DNA of 64,000 nucleotides from Alphaproteobacteria bacterium (GCA_016870095.1 VGCI01000008.1:6307-70306); one strand, 5' to 3'; shown: positions 9,259 to 19,017, counted from the stretch's first letter. Program-made: numbers and translations. Notes: generated from the letters alone by a model not told the origin.

Positions 9259-10208
9259 CTGTATTTTTAGACTTTGAACGACAGATTGCTGAACTCGAAG
9301 CCAAAATAGAAGAACTGCGGCATTTGGATAGTTCGGGTAAAATGAATATTGTAACCGAGATTACCACTTTGCAAAAGAAGGCCGATAAGCTTCTAAAGCA
9401 AACCTATTCAAGTTTAACACCTTGGCAAAAGGTAAAGGTTGCCCGCCACCCAGAACGTCCCCAATTTTTTAATTACCTTGATGGCTTATTTGAGGATTTT
9501 ACAAGTCTTGCTGGTGACCGCTGCTTTGGGGAGGATCAAGCCATTATTGGGGGGCTTGCCCGGTTTCGGGGAAAACCTGTCATGGTTATTGGCCAACAAA
9601 AAGGACAAGATACGGAAAGTCGTATTCGTCATAACTTTGGTATGTCTCGACCAGAGGGATATCGCAAAGCTCGCCGATTAATGGAATTGGCTGATCACTT
9701 TCATCTTCCCTTGATTACATTTATCGATACAAATGGTGCGTGGCCGGGCATAGATGCCGAAGAACGAGGCCAAGCGGAAGCTATAGCTCGCAGTATCGAA
9801 GCGTGTCTTAAAATTCAAGTTCCGCTCATTAGTATTGTTATTGGCGAAGGTGGCTCTGGAGGTGCAATCGCTATTGGGGCAGCCAATACAGTCATGATGC
9901 TGGAACACGCCGTGTATTCCGTGATTTCACCGGAAGGCTGTGCATCCATATTATGGCGCAGTGCCGACATGGCTGCAGAGGCTGCAGAAGCCCAACGCAT
10001 TACAGCCCAGGATCTTTATAAATTAGAAATTATTGATCAAATCATTCCTGAACCCATGGGCGGCGCTCATCGTCAAGCCGATGCTGCTATTAGAGCTGTG
10101 GGTGAAGCCTTAGATCAAGCTCTTACAACCTTATCTGCACATGAAGGGCGAAAGCTTGTGCAAATGCGCCGCGATAAATTTTTGGCTATGGGAAAAAAGG
10201 GGCTGTAA
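9255..10208 (+). CDS. accA: acetyl-CoA carboxylase carboxyltransferase subunit alpha
   Basis: 317 aa. '[17 protein letters not shown]', 'ARHPERPQ' and '[25 protein letters not shown]' are AccA hallmarks. Confidence 0.95.
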   Translation: MTVFLDFERQIAELEAKIEELRHLDSSGKMNIVTEITTLQKKADKLLKQTYSSLTPWQKVKVARHPERPQFFNYLDGLFEDFTSLAGDRCFGEDQAIIGGLARFRGKPVMVIGQQKGQDTESRIRHNFGMSRPEGYRKARRLMELADHFHLPLITFIDTNGAWPGIDAEERGQAEAIARSIEACLKIQVPLISIVIGEGGSGGAIAIGAANTVMMLEHAVYSVISPEGCASILWRSADMAAEAAEAQRITAQDLYKLEIIDQIIPEPMGGAHRQADAAIRAVGEALDQALTTLSAHEGRKLVQMRRDKFLAMGKKGL

Positions 10209-10228
10209 CCTCCAGGTTATGAAAAAGC

Positions 10229-10266
10229 AAATGAGCCTTAGTCATTTATTTTGCTAAGGCTCATTT
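10229..10266. terminator. 13-bp-stem hairpin between convergent genes (candidate bidirectional terminator)
   Basis: AAATGAGCCTTAG (10229-10241) pairs perfectly with CTAAGGCTCATTT (10254-10266). The flanking A/T runs are short. Confidence 0.5.
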
Positions 10267-10284
10267 CTGAAAAGACAAAATAAT

Positions 10285-11067
10285 CTATTTCAATTTTACA
10301 TAAGCCAACACACGCTCTTTATCATAAAATCCTTTTAAAGCTTCATCTCTGATAATTTTAAAGCCAACAGCCACAAGATCGGGGATAAGTAAGTCTAAAG
10401 GGTGAAATAACCCCATAAGAATACCGGGAACAGTACCTTCACCCCGAGGTAATGTTTCATTTCTATTGCCTAAAGTCTGACATACTGATGTCGCTATTCT
10501 CAAAGCGTTTCTTATTTCTTCTGTGCTTAAATTTGTATCTCCCCGTGGCAAAGCAGGAACCAACATTGCTAACCCACAATCACTCACTTTATCGTATTTT
10601 CCACTTGCAAATTCAGCCGAATTATCCTGATTTTCCTTGAATTTTAATGCACCTAATTTATAAAAAATATCGAGAATTCCTGCGTGTTCGTTGGTTTTGT
10701 ATCCTTGACCAAAACCCAAAGCAGGCATAACTCCAAGGGTCATAAAACCAACGGGCTTATTTTCTCTAGAAAGAACAATACCACTGTATGGGTTGCCTGA
10801 TTCTTGGCGGGCAATTAAATTTTGAGCCATGATATTCACACCAAGTGGGTCTTTCTCTGAATTTTGTGTGAGACCTTCTTTAAAGGTGCACCGTGAGATA
10901 ATGGCTTCCACCACAGGTGCATCACCATGCGTTATTGAGCGAAATTCTAAATTTCCTACTTGCCCCTTTACTATTGTTTGCACAATAACTTTTACGGGTG
11001 CAACATCTTGATCTTCTAGAGCAAGTCCGTTCCCACATAATAAGATAATCCCAAAAATATATTGCAT
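10285..11067 (-). CDS. hypothetical secreted protein, possibly GNAT-fold
   Basis: 260 aa with N-terminal 'MQYIFGIILLCGNGLA'. The alternation of hydrophobic strands and the C-terminal 'GFKIIRDE...RVLAYVKL' recall acetyltransferases, but I see no clear acetyl-CoA motif. Confidence 0.5.
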   Translation of the reverse strand: MQYIFGIILLCGNGLALEDQDVAPVKVIVQTIVKGQVGNLEFRSITHGDAPVVEAIISRCTFKEGLTQNSEKDPLGVNIMAQNLIARQESGNPYSGIVLSRENKPVGFMTLGVMPALGFGQGYKTNEHAGILDIFYKLGALKFKENQDNSAEFASGKYDKVSDCGLAMLVPALPRGDTNLSTEEIRNALRIATSVCQTLGNRNETLPRGEGTVPGILMGLFHPLDLLIPDLVAVGFKIIRDEALKGFYDKERVLAYVKLK

Positions 11068-11278
11068 ACATTTTATTATTTGCCTGATTTTCCTATTCTA
11101 AAAATTAAATTTATGCCCAATTCGAGAATTATAAATGTTCTCAATAGTTTTTATACATCCTATGAATATGACAGACAATATACTTCATTGCCCTTTATTC
11201 TCTCGTAAAAAAGCTTTAGGACAAACTCCTAAATAGAGTACTATTTGTTTAAACTTAAAATGACTCTCACGGGGAAAC

Positions 11279-13351
11279 ATGTTTCTGCGGAATTCCATAA
11301 CCAGTCTTCAAGGAATAGGCACCAAACGGCGGCCGTTGTTTGAGAAATTATTGGGGACAAGAGTTATGGATGTTCTTATGCATTTGCCGTGTGATCTTGT
11401 TCATCGTCGATTTATCAATCATATTACTGAGGCCAAGGAAGGAGAGATGATAACCGTCATTGGGGAAGTCTTGACCCATAACCCGCCTCCCTACCCGCGC
11501 AAACCGTATTCAGTCACTTGTTTTGACGGCAAGTGCTTCTTTGATTTGGTCTTTTTTCATGCAAAAGGTCCGTATCTTCAATCAGCCCTCCCCCTCGAAT
11601 CCAAGCGTTTAATTTCTGGGAAATTGGAGCGTTTCCAGGATCGATGGAAGATAACCCATCCTGACCATATTAGTAGTCCAGATGATGAAATGAATCGCAA
11701 TGGTCCTGAGCCTGTGTATCCGCTTACAACCGGAATATCAAATAAATGTGTTCGTCGCGTCATTCAGTCTGCCCTTGCTCACGTTCCCACGTTGCCAGAA
11801 TGGCTTGCTGAGGAACAAGCTCATCAATGGCCTCAATGGCATGAAGCGGTTACCCAAGTTCACAATCCTCATAACCAGCAGGACTTAGAACCCACCTTCC
11901 CTGCCCGTGTTCGCCTTGCCTATGATGAATTATTAGCCCATCAGCTCTCCCTTAATCTGACCCGCCGGCAACAACAAACAAGAGTGCAAGGACATTCTCT
12001 TAAAGGAACAAATCATCTTCAGGATAGAATTCGTAAAAACTTGCCGTTCACCCTAACCATTGGGCAAGAAAATGCAATCGCGGAAATTACGCGAGATATG
12101 GCGTCCCCGCAGCAGATGTTACGCCTTATTCAAGGGGATGTAGGCAGTGGCAAGACGCTTGTGGCTTTTATGGCCATGGTTCTAGCAACAGAAGCGGGAT
12201 TTCAAGCCGCGATTTTGGCACCAACTGATATTTTAGCTCGTCAGCATGCGGCAAAATTAACGCCTCTTTGTCAGACTTGCGGCATCCGAATCGCCCTTCT
12301 AACAGGTCGTGATCAAGGTAAAAAGCGCGCTCAAATCTTAGATGATTTGAAAAATCATGAGGTAGATATTCTCATTGGGACCCATGCCATTATTCAGGAG
12401 GATGTGCATTTTGCAAAGCTTGGTTTAGCTGTTGTTGATGAACAGCATCGCTTTGGGGTCGACCAACGTCTAGCTTTAACAGAAAAAGGAAACAACCCGG
12501 ATGTGCTGGCCATGACAGCAACACCTATTCCCCGCACACTCATGCTCGCTAATTATGGAGATATGGATGTTTCCATTATTCGTGATAAGCCGGCGGGACG
12601 CTTACCTATTGATACAAAGGTTTTACCCATCAGTCGGATAGATGATGTTATAAGCGGTGTTGGTCGGGCTCTGGAGAGGAGCGCTAAAATTTATTGGGTT
12701 TGCCCATTAATCGAAGAATCTGAAGCTATGGATTTAGCCGCCGCAGTTGAAAGATACCAAGCTTTATCGCAAAAATTCCCCCATAAGGTTGGGCTTGTCC
12801 ATGGAAAATTAAAAGCTGATGAAAAAGATGCTGTTATGGATCAATTTATTAATGGGTCCATAGACATATTGATTGCCACAACTGTTATTGAGGTAGGAGT
12901 CGACGTTCCTGCTGCCTCAATCATGATTATTGAGCATGCTGAGCGTTTTGGACTCGCGCAGCTCCACCAACTTCGGGGAAGAATTGGCCGTGGCAATCAA
13001 ACAGCAAGTTGCTTACTCCTTTATAGTCAGGCCTTAACGACCGCGGGGCGGAAAAGACTTGAAATTATGCGCCAAACCAATGATGGCTTCTTAATTTCTG
13101 AAGAAGACTTAAAACTAAGAGGAAGCGGAGAATTATTGGGAACCAAACAAAGTGGTTTGCCCAGCTTTCGCATAGCAGACTTTACTTCAAGTCCTGATCT
13201 ATACGGAGAACTGCTTGCAATGGCCAATAAAGACGCCCGTCGAATCTGCCAGGATGATCCAAATTTATCAAGCCCGCGCGGACAGGCTTTGCAACTTTTG
13301 CTTTCTCTCCATGGCCGAGCCGATGCCGCCAAATATAGTCGATCTGGGTAA
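11279..13351 (+). CDS. recG: ATP-dependent DNA helicase RecG
   Basis: 690 aa. Wedge domain followed by helicase motifs 'GDVGSGKT', 'DEQHRFG', 'MTATPIPRT' and 'HQLRGRIGRG'. Confidence 0.95.
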   Translation: MFLRNSITSLQGIGTKRRPLFEKLLGTRVMDVLMHLPCDLVHRRFINHITEAKEGEMITVIGEVLTHNPPPYPRKPYSVTCFDGKCFFDLVFFHAKGPYLQSALPLESKRLISGKLERFQDRWKITHPDHISSPDDEMNRNGPEPVYPLTTGISNKCVRRVIQSALAHVPTLPEWLAEEQAHQWPQWHEAVTQVHNPHNQQDLEPTFPARVRLAYDELLAHQLSLNLTRRQQQTRVQGHSLKGTNHLQDRIRKNLPFTLTIGQENAIAEITRDMASPQQMLRLIQGDVGSGKTLVAFMAMVLATEAGFQAAILAPTDILARQHAAKLTPLCQTCGIRIALLTGRDQGKKRAQILDDLKNHEVDILIGTHAIIQEDVHFAKLGLAVVDEQHRFGVDQRLALTEKGNNPDVLAMTATPIPRTLMLANYGDMDVSIIRDKPAGRLPIDTKVLPISRIDDVISGVGRALERSAKIYWVCPLIEESEAMDLAAAVERYQALSQKFPHKVGLVHGKLKADEKDAVMDQFINGSIDILIATTVIEVGVDVPAASIMIIEHAERFGLAQLHQLRGRIGRGNQTASCLLLYSQALTTAGRKRLEIMRQTNDGFLISEEDLKLRGSGELLGTKQSGLPSFRIADFTSSPDLYGELLAMANKDARRICQDDPNLSSPRGQALQLLLSLHGRADAAKYSRSG

Positions 13352-13358
13352 GTTAACA

Positions 13359-13895
13359 TCAAAAGGTATTCCTTTCCAGCATGGCTGCAACCGCCGTATC
13401 TTTATCTTTACTTCCCCGGGAAGAACCAAATTCAAAAGAATACGCATCTTTTAAACAAGCGCCGAAAATCCCGGCAATTGTTGAAATAATTCCAACCGCT
13501 TCTCCAGGTAAAGCCTCAGAAAAATAGGCTAAGGAAGCTAAACACAAAATTAATCCTATAGCTGCAGCTAGAACCATCACATCAGCACGAACGTTTGAAC
13601 GACCTGCGTTAACAAGAGCCACATCCCTCAGTCTTGCCTCTTGTCGATCTTTCATCACCGCCAATTCAATTTCAGCTTCCACTTGAATAATCGCTCTTTG
13701 AAATTCACTCACCATGTCTGTGTTGTCTTGCAATCTTTTAATAGCTTCCACGGGATCGAGTGTGCCAGTAATTTTTTGAGCAATATCAACAACTTTTCCA
13801 GCAATCTCAGGAGCTTGATCTCCTCCCAGCCATCGGGCAATAATGGGGGCAAAACTCGCTAGGCCTAATGCCGCTGCAATAATCGGAAATGCCAT
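13359..13895 (-). CDS. holin-like membrane protein (resembles the GTA_holin_3TM type)
   Basis: 178 aa. Hydrophobic N-terminus, central charged helix 'EAEIELAVMKDRQEARLRD' and C-terminal TM segments. It lies immediately downstream of the cell-wall hydrolase. Confidence 0.5.
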   Translation of the reverse strand: MAFPIIAAALGLASFAPIIARWLGGDQAPEIAGKVVDIAQKITGTLDPVEAIKRLQDNTDMVSEFQRAIIQVEAEIELAVMKDRQEARLRDVALVNAGRSNVRADVMVLAAAIGLILCLASLAYFSEALPGEAVGIISTIAGIFGACLKDAYSFEFGSSRGSKDKDTAVAAMLERNTF

Positions 13896-13896
13896 C

Positions 13897-14328
13897 TTAC
13901 ACTCCTTTAGTTAATTGGTAGAATACGTGGTGACCAAGGCGAAGATTGGGTTTATGCCCTTGAGCCCAATAAGGCTCTCCTGGCAGGGAAGTAGCATAAT
14001 AATGATCACTTCCCTTCGTAAGATCGGGCCATTCTTCACAGGTAACCTTTCGGGCGACTTCGTGACATAAAGTAAATAGAGGATCGTTAATTGTTGACCC
14101 TAGTAAGCACAAGCGATTAGGATCCCTATCATTCCAGCAGGAAAATTGGAAAGGCTTTGTGCAAACTTCTTTCAAATTTTGGCCATATTTACCCTTATAC
14201 GTGAATCGATTCATAATAACATTGGCGACTGCAATTAAGGAGGCTAATCCCCCTGTGACATTATGATATTCCCCCCGCGCTTCCCCATAAATTGTGCGAG
14301 CGACAATCTCTAAATCACTTAAATCCAT
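13897..14328 (-). CDS. cell-wall hydrolase, SleB/Hydrolase_2 family (candidate endolysin)
   Basis: 143 aa. 'ARTIYGEARGE', 'IAVANVIMNR' and 'KPFQFSCWND' match the SleB-type hydrolase signature. Confidence 0.8.
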   Translation of the reverse strand: MDLSDLEIVARTIYGEARGEYHNVTGGLASLIAVANVIMNRFTYKGKYGQNLKEVCTKPFQFSCWNDRDPNRLCLLGSTINDPLFTLCHEVARKVTCEEWPDLTKGSDHYYATSLPGEPYWAQGHKPNLRLGHHVFYQLTKGV

Positions 14329-14370
14329 ACCATACCCTCCAGATAATTCATTAAAGATTCAGTGCTTGTT

Positions 14371-14736
14371 CTAAATTTCAAAAACCAAATCCCATTTTGC
14401 GAGATCAGCATTAAACTCTGTTGATGTGTGAACTTCCTTACAAGAATAAACACCGTGGTTCATTTGAACCCAATCTAAGACCCTATACGCAGTGTTGGCT
14501 TGCCATTTTCCTTTATGAGTTGGGAAAGCTTTAGGCAACCTTACCTGCCCTAAAAGGCTTCCTAAGGTTCCGTAAATCCTTAATTGGTCGCCCTCTTGAG
14601 CGACATTGGCAATACCCTCCACAAAGGGGGGGTGCCGCTCGAGAGAATTCATACGGGCCTCTAAATGAGCAAAATTTCCATCCATTTCCTCAATTGTTAA
14701 AGGTTCCTTTTTTTGATGCCTATATATTATACCCAT
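14371..14736 (-). CDS. phage tail-fibre-like protein with a putative carbohydrate-binding C-terminus
   Basis: 121 aa. The N-terminal 'LTIEEMDGNFAHLE' motif is common in phage fibre N-termini. The C-terminal 'GKWQANTAYRVLDWVQMNHGVYSCKEVHTSTEFNADLAKW' resembles the aromatic CBM5/12-like motif. Confidence 0.5.
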   Translation of the reverse strand: MGIIYRHQKKEPLTIEEMDGNFAHLEARMNSLERHPPFVEGIANVAQEGDQLRIYGTLGSLLGQVRLPKAFPTHKGKWQANTAYRVLDWVQMNHGVYSCKEVHTSTEFNADLAKWDLVFEI

Positions 14737-14741
14737 GAAAA

Positions 14742-15560
14742 TTATCCTCTCTTTTTGTATAAGATAAAATTTTTTGCAAATCTGTAAGAGTCATAAGCCA
14801 TTCGTAATGGTTTTCCGGTTTCATCTCGACCTATCAGAACATTAATAACCGATTGTCCCGCTTCTATAGATTCAATGAGGGTTCTGGTTTGATCTTCGTG
14901 AAATGTGTCTTGAAATCCAGAGTCTTTATAGCTCGAAGGGGCAATAAATGAGGGATAAATACCACGCTCTCTCCAAGTTAGAAGGGAGCTTGGGCGAATA
15001 CACGTAGTCTGTCGAATTGACTCCAAACTAAATACGAAGGGATGAATGTCATCCCCCACTTGTTGTCCTCCATATGCCCATAAGCACGGGAGTGCCTCAT
15101 CATTATTTTCTAGTGACCCCAAAAATACTTTTTGCCCTTGGCCTTGAGTTAAAAATTTTTTTTCATACAAATAAGGCTTTGGAAAATCAAGCTTGTATTG
15201 CAGAAGAGAATCTCCAATAAAAGGTATTTTCCCATCACCGGATACTTTTTGAAAATATCCACTTGGCATGGCTTCAACAAATACTTTAGAAAACGTACTT
15301 TTTGCTGGATAAATTTGACAGGATGCACTCTTATGGTGAACTGCAATCGCTGTTTCATTCTCAATCCAAATTGGCGTTATACGCACCCCAACTTCAATAA
15401 TATGCGGCAAATCTTCACCTGTAAGCCACACACCACCATCTTTAATGCCGCCTAATCGAAAAGTGGAGTTTTCATTATTAAAATCATCCGTAGGGGGTGC
15501 ACCATATCCCAAAGGAAGAGCTTTTAAACTGACACTGCGCAAACCTTTTTCAAATCTCAC
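14742..15560 (-). CDS. phage-cluster hypothetical protein
   Basis: 272 aa. The GTG start overlaps the upstream stop (GTGA). Call is based on position within the tail region. I recognise no motif. Confidence 0.5.
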   Translation of the reverse strand: MRFEKGLRSVSLKALPLGYGAPPTDDFNNENSTFRLGGIKDGGVWLTGEDLPHIIEVGVRITPIWIENETAIAVHHKSASCQIYPAKSTFSKVFVEAMPSGYFQKVSGDGKIPFIGDSLLQYKLDFPKPYLYEKKFLTQGQGQKVFLGSLENNDEALPCLWAYGGQQVGDDIHPFVFSLESIRQTTCIRPSSLLTWRERGIYPSFIAPSSYKDSGFQDTFHEDQTRTLIESIEAGQSVINVLIGRDETGKPLRMAYDSYRFAKNFILYKKRG

Positions 15561-17239
15561 GATAACTCTCCTGCTAAATTAATTTGATTGGGCGCTGTCC
15601 ACACATTTAAGGTCTTTACATGAATTGTATGTTCAGCCACTGACGTTGTTTTAAGGTTCAAAAGATCAAGAGAAATAACAGTTGGAATTTCTTCTAAATA
15701 CGACTTTACATTATAGTTGATAGGATATTGTTGACTTTGCAGCGCATAGATTTGTTGATCGGCATGGTAACTAACAAAAACATCTTTTATTAGTTCATTG
15801 AGGCTTAAGTTTTGTGTCTCAATAACGCCTTCTTTTGGTTTTTGATGCGTATAATTCTCGTACCAAAGCCCCGAAGCTGTCTGATAAGTTATGGGCACAG
15901 ACGTCGAGCCATATTCAGGCTGTGCATAATATATATCATTTATATGTGGATAATCACTGTCTTTGCCTCCAATTGATGCAGCTAATCGCACCCAGGCGTA
16001 GGATTTTAGGGCATCTTGATATAATTGATAAGCAACGACTTTACCCACTACTTCTCCCCCTGGAATACGCAAATCAACCAGTCGAACCGAAAGATCCAGT
16101 GATAAAGAAAAACAAGCTTGAAAGGGGATAATAAACTCAACTTCTAAACAGCGAGCACTTGCTGCAAGATGTGCCCTTGCCCTCTCTAATGCATGTTCAA
16201 CCACCTGCCGACCCCGAAGGGTCAAGAAAAATGTTCCTCCTGGAGAAGGGAAAAGTTCTTGTAACCGCAGATTAAGGGTTCGTGTAAGAGGGCGAATTTT
16301 GCCCTGCATTTGTGTCTTTTGAGATAGGGTAAACTTTACAATTTCTCGGCGTTTTTGATGATAACGCCAGCCCAATACCAGAGTCCCAACCATCCAAAAT
16401 CGCTGCCCGCGCATAGCTTTAAGTTGCTGAGTGGCATCGTCCCATCCCATAAATTAAGGTGTTACTGTGGGATAAATATTTAAAATTCCTGTTCGAGGGG
16501 GGGAAACAGATCTTAAAACGCTTTGTAGAACTCTATACCCAGTTTTTCCCATGCGCTGACCTTCTTTAGGCCAAGTCGCTTCTAAACCTTGTGGTGTTAA
16601 TGTATTAATCATTCCTCCGGGAAACGCGGCGCCAATTCTACTGCCTAAGCTGATTTCTCCTTCTCCTTTTTGAACCCATTCTGCCGTAACTGTAACTGAT
16701 ACAGAAGAAAGAGGAGTTTCTGCCAAATGAACTTTCAAACTATCCGAAAAGAAAACAGATGAAAAATCTAAAAGATTTCGTCCCTCAAAAAGGTTTGATA
16801 AGCAAACTTTACCTGTGAGGCGATCTCAAGCATAAAGAGCACTGCGACCCTCTAGCCATTCAGTCGGATTATTCTGTTCAAAGGGATCGACAAAATTTGC
16901 ATTCCAAAAGGGAGCCTCTTTTAGAGTTTTACCTAAGGTTTGCAGTTGGATATCCGCATCCTCCGGTTCAGCTGTTAATTCCAAAGCGACCAATTCATCC
17001 TTAATTTCAACAGGTAGGGCAACTAATCGACCGGAAAAAAGTAATTTTCCACCTTGGGATATATATACATGATGTTGATCATGAAATTTCATTTGACTAT
17101 GGGGAACCAAAACCGTTGCGATGGCCACTTCTCCCTCACGATGATCAATGGTAAGTTTTAAAATATCTAAATCACACCGTTGATGTTTTTGAGGATCAAA
17201 GCTTTCTCCTTTTTGTGCCCAAGCAAAATATGTAATCAT
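15557..17239 (-). pseudogene. phage tail-region gene (561-codon frame) interrupted by two in-frame stop codons
   Basis: Track ORFs 16826-17239, 16454-16738 and 15557-16450 are all in one frame. They are separated only by a TGA (16826-16828) and a TAA (16454-16456). The 87 nt between the TGA and the TTG 'start' at 16738 are also open in that frame. Confidence 0.65.
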
Positions 17240-17340
17240 ACCTCATCCTTTCTTAACGTAGTATTCAATTCATCATTTCAAGTGCCCGGGCAATTTTTCC
17301 TTTTTTCTCGACTTTCTTTGGAAATGCTAGTAATAAACTA

Positions 17341-18339
17341 ATGTATAATTCGTTTCGACCTATAGAGAGTGATATGACTGCAACCCCTGCTCGATCTGTA
17401 ACACCAGCTGAAGAGATCATTCCAATACCTTCTCTAAAACCAACTTCTTCCAATCCCTTTTCTTGGTTTATGAGTCAGGGATATCCGCAAGGAGCCTTTT
17501 GGGCGGTTATGATTTGTTTTGTGAGCGTGTGCAACGATATATTAATGCGATTACTCGGTGCGCGGCTTGATGTTCTCGAAGTTGTCTTCTTTCGCTTTTT
17601 CTTCAGCATGCTGACCGTTGTTCCTCTCATGTTGACTCATGGAACAGCCTTGTTTAAAACAACACGCCCCTGGATGCATTTTTGGCGAGCTGTTCTGGGT
17701 GTAGGCGCCATAGGTGCCTGTTGCTATTCAGTGAACTTGATGCCCTTATCTGACAACACAATTATCATGTCTTCTCAGCCCTTTTTCTTCCTTCCCTTAG
17801 CTGTCTTTTTCTTACGAGAAAAGGTGGATATGCCTAGATGGATTGCCATCCTTATTGGGTTTATTGGCTTGATCATTATGTTTCAGCCGGGAACTGAAGC
17901 TTTGCGCCTTGTTGCTCTCGTTCCTATTACGGCTGCTATTCTCTTTGCTCTCCTGGATATTATGGCTAAAAAAATGGTTTCCACAGAAAATACACATACC
18001 CTCCTTTTTTACTTTGCTGTTGGAACCACTATCGCCGCCGCGATACCAGCGTTTTTTGTATGGAAAACCCCTTCATGGGAGGAACTTGGTCTCCTTGTTC
18101 TATTAGGTATCGGTGCCAATCTCATTCAAGTTTGTATGATTAGGGCTTTTTCTGCGACAGATGTTTCAGCCTTAATGCCCTTCAGATACGTAGAATTCAT
18201 TTTTTCAGCTCTCTTTGGTTTCCTATTCTTTATGGAAGTTCCAACGTTTGTAACCATTGCAGGGGCCTCCTTTATTATCGCTGGTACTGCTTACATCAGT
18301 TATTATGAAACACGTAAAGAGAAAATGAAGAGTTTGTAG
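17341..18339 (+). CDS. EamA/DMT-family transporter (10-TM permease)
   Basis: 332 aa with two EamA-like halves of hydrophobic helices. The start is uncertain: ATGs at 17341, 17374 and 17470 are all possible, and the first TM helix begins near 17480. Confidence 0.8.
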   Translation: MYNSFRPIESDMTATPARSVTPAEEIIPIPSLKPTSSNPFSWFMSQGYPQGAFWAVMICFVSVCNDILMRLLGARLDVLEVVFFRFFFSMLTVVPLMLTHGTALFKTTRPWMHFWRAVLGVGAIGACCYSVNLMPLSDNTIIMSSQPFFFLPLAVFFLREKVDMPRWIAILIGFIGLIIMFQPGTEALRLVALVPITAAILFALLDIMAKKMVSTENTHTLLFYFAVGTTIAAAIPAFFVWKTPSWEELGLLVLLGIGANLIQVCMIRAFSATDVSALMPFRYVEFIFSALFGFLFFMEVPTFVTIAGASFIIAGTAYISYYETRKEKMKSL

Positions 18340-18354
18340 ACTGACAGGCTCTCT

Positions 18355-18858
18355 TCATATTTCTTCTAATTCAAGACGCCACCCCGATTTCAATCCCCAT
18401 TCATTTGTCATAAAGGCAAAATTGACAACGCGCATATTCAACCAAGGTCGATAACTTAGAAAAACGTCTTCATTTGCTTCCCTTTTTACTATGACTTTTC
18501 GCCCCTGTATCTCTTGTATTTGTCGATCTTTCTGCTGATCCGTAATAGCAAATATAGATCCTTCAATGGGATATCTTTCTAAAAGGACTTGCGAATTTGT
18601 CACCTTTTGCCACAAAGGTTGTATACATCCAACACGAATTTCACTCCCCCGCCAAAAATCGTCTAAGGCTAACACTGTTTTATCTTCACATAAAATAAGG
18701 GATCGATATTTATGTGAGAGTGTATTCCCTGTGTAAATTAATGATCCATTAATAGTTCTCCTTAAATCTCCACTCAGAATGGGCATGAGGTGTTGAATGC
18801 ATCCTCTCGCTGACAGGGGAGGAAAACCACCTTTGCTTAAAATAAGATCTGACTCCAT
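18355..18858 (-). CDS. phage-cluster hypothetical protein (occupies the slot after the head-tail joining genes)
   Basis: 167 aa with RBS AGGGGTGGA upstream. I recognise no major-tail-protein motif. Call is by position only. Confidence 0.5.
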   Translation of the reverse strand: MESDLILSKGGFPPLSARGCIQHLMPILSGDLRRTINGSLIYTGNTLSHKYRSLILCEDKTVLALDDFWRGSEIRVGCIQPLWQKVTNSQVLLERYPIEGSIFAITDQQKDRQIQEIQGRKVIVKREANEDVFLSYRPWLNMRVVNFAFMTNEWGLKSGWRLELEEI

Positions 18859-18879
18859 TTATTTCCACCCCTCAATGAT

Positions 18880-19014
18880 TTATTGTGCCCAGCGTGGCAA
18901 ATCAACGATGCGTCCCCGACTGCATCGCCGGAAATGGGTTGTCAGCGCATTAATGATTTCCTCCTTAAAATTTTCTTCACTATCTTCTTCTGGCTCTTGA
19001 TCAAGATTATCCAT
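18880..19014 (-). CDS. small acidic hypothetical ORF (44 aa) in the phage cluster
   Basis: ATG at 19014 lies 3 nt after the upstream TAA. It fills the 160-nt gap. Not in the track because it is under 60 aa. Support is weak. Confidence 0.25.
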   Translation of the reverse strand: MDNLDQEPEEDSEENFKEEIINALTTHFRRCSRGRIVDLPRWAQ

Positions 19015-19017
19015 TTG

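Noticed and set aside
13027-13362. 111-aa minus-strand ORF, plus the plus-strand ORF 13215-13454, at the recG / holin-like gene junction.
   Set aside because: Both are antisense or out-of-frame shadows of recG, whose helicase C-terminus is well supported, and of the holin-like gene. Neither has an RBS or recognisable motifs.
17240-17340. A CtrA-box-like sequence (TTAA-N7-TTCA at about 17253-17268) upstream of the broken tail gene. CtrA controls RcGTA expression.
   Set aside because: Only one half-site is canonical, and TTAA is very frequent in this AT-rich DNA. No comparable site precedes the portal gene. This is insufficient to call.
17265-17453. 62-aa minus-strand ORF upstream of the phage tail gene.
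   Set aside because: It has no RBS, an unremarkable composition, and overlaps the possible N-terminal extension of the EamA gene. It is probably spurious, although it cannot be fully excluded if EamA starts at 17470.
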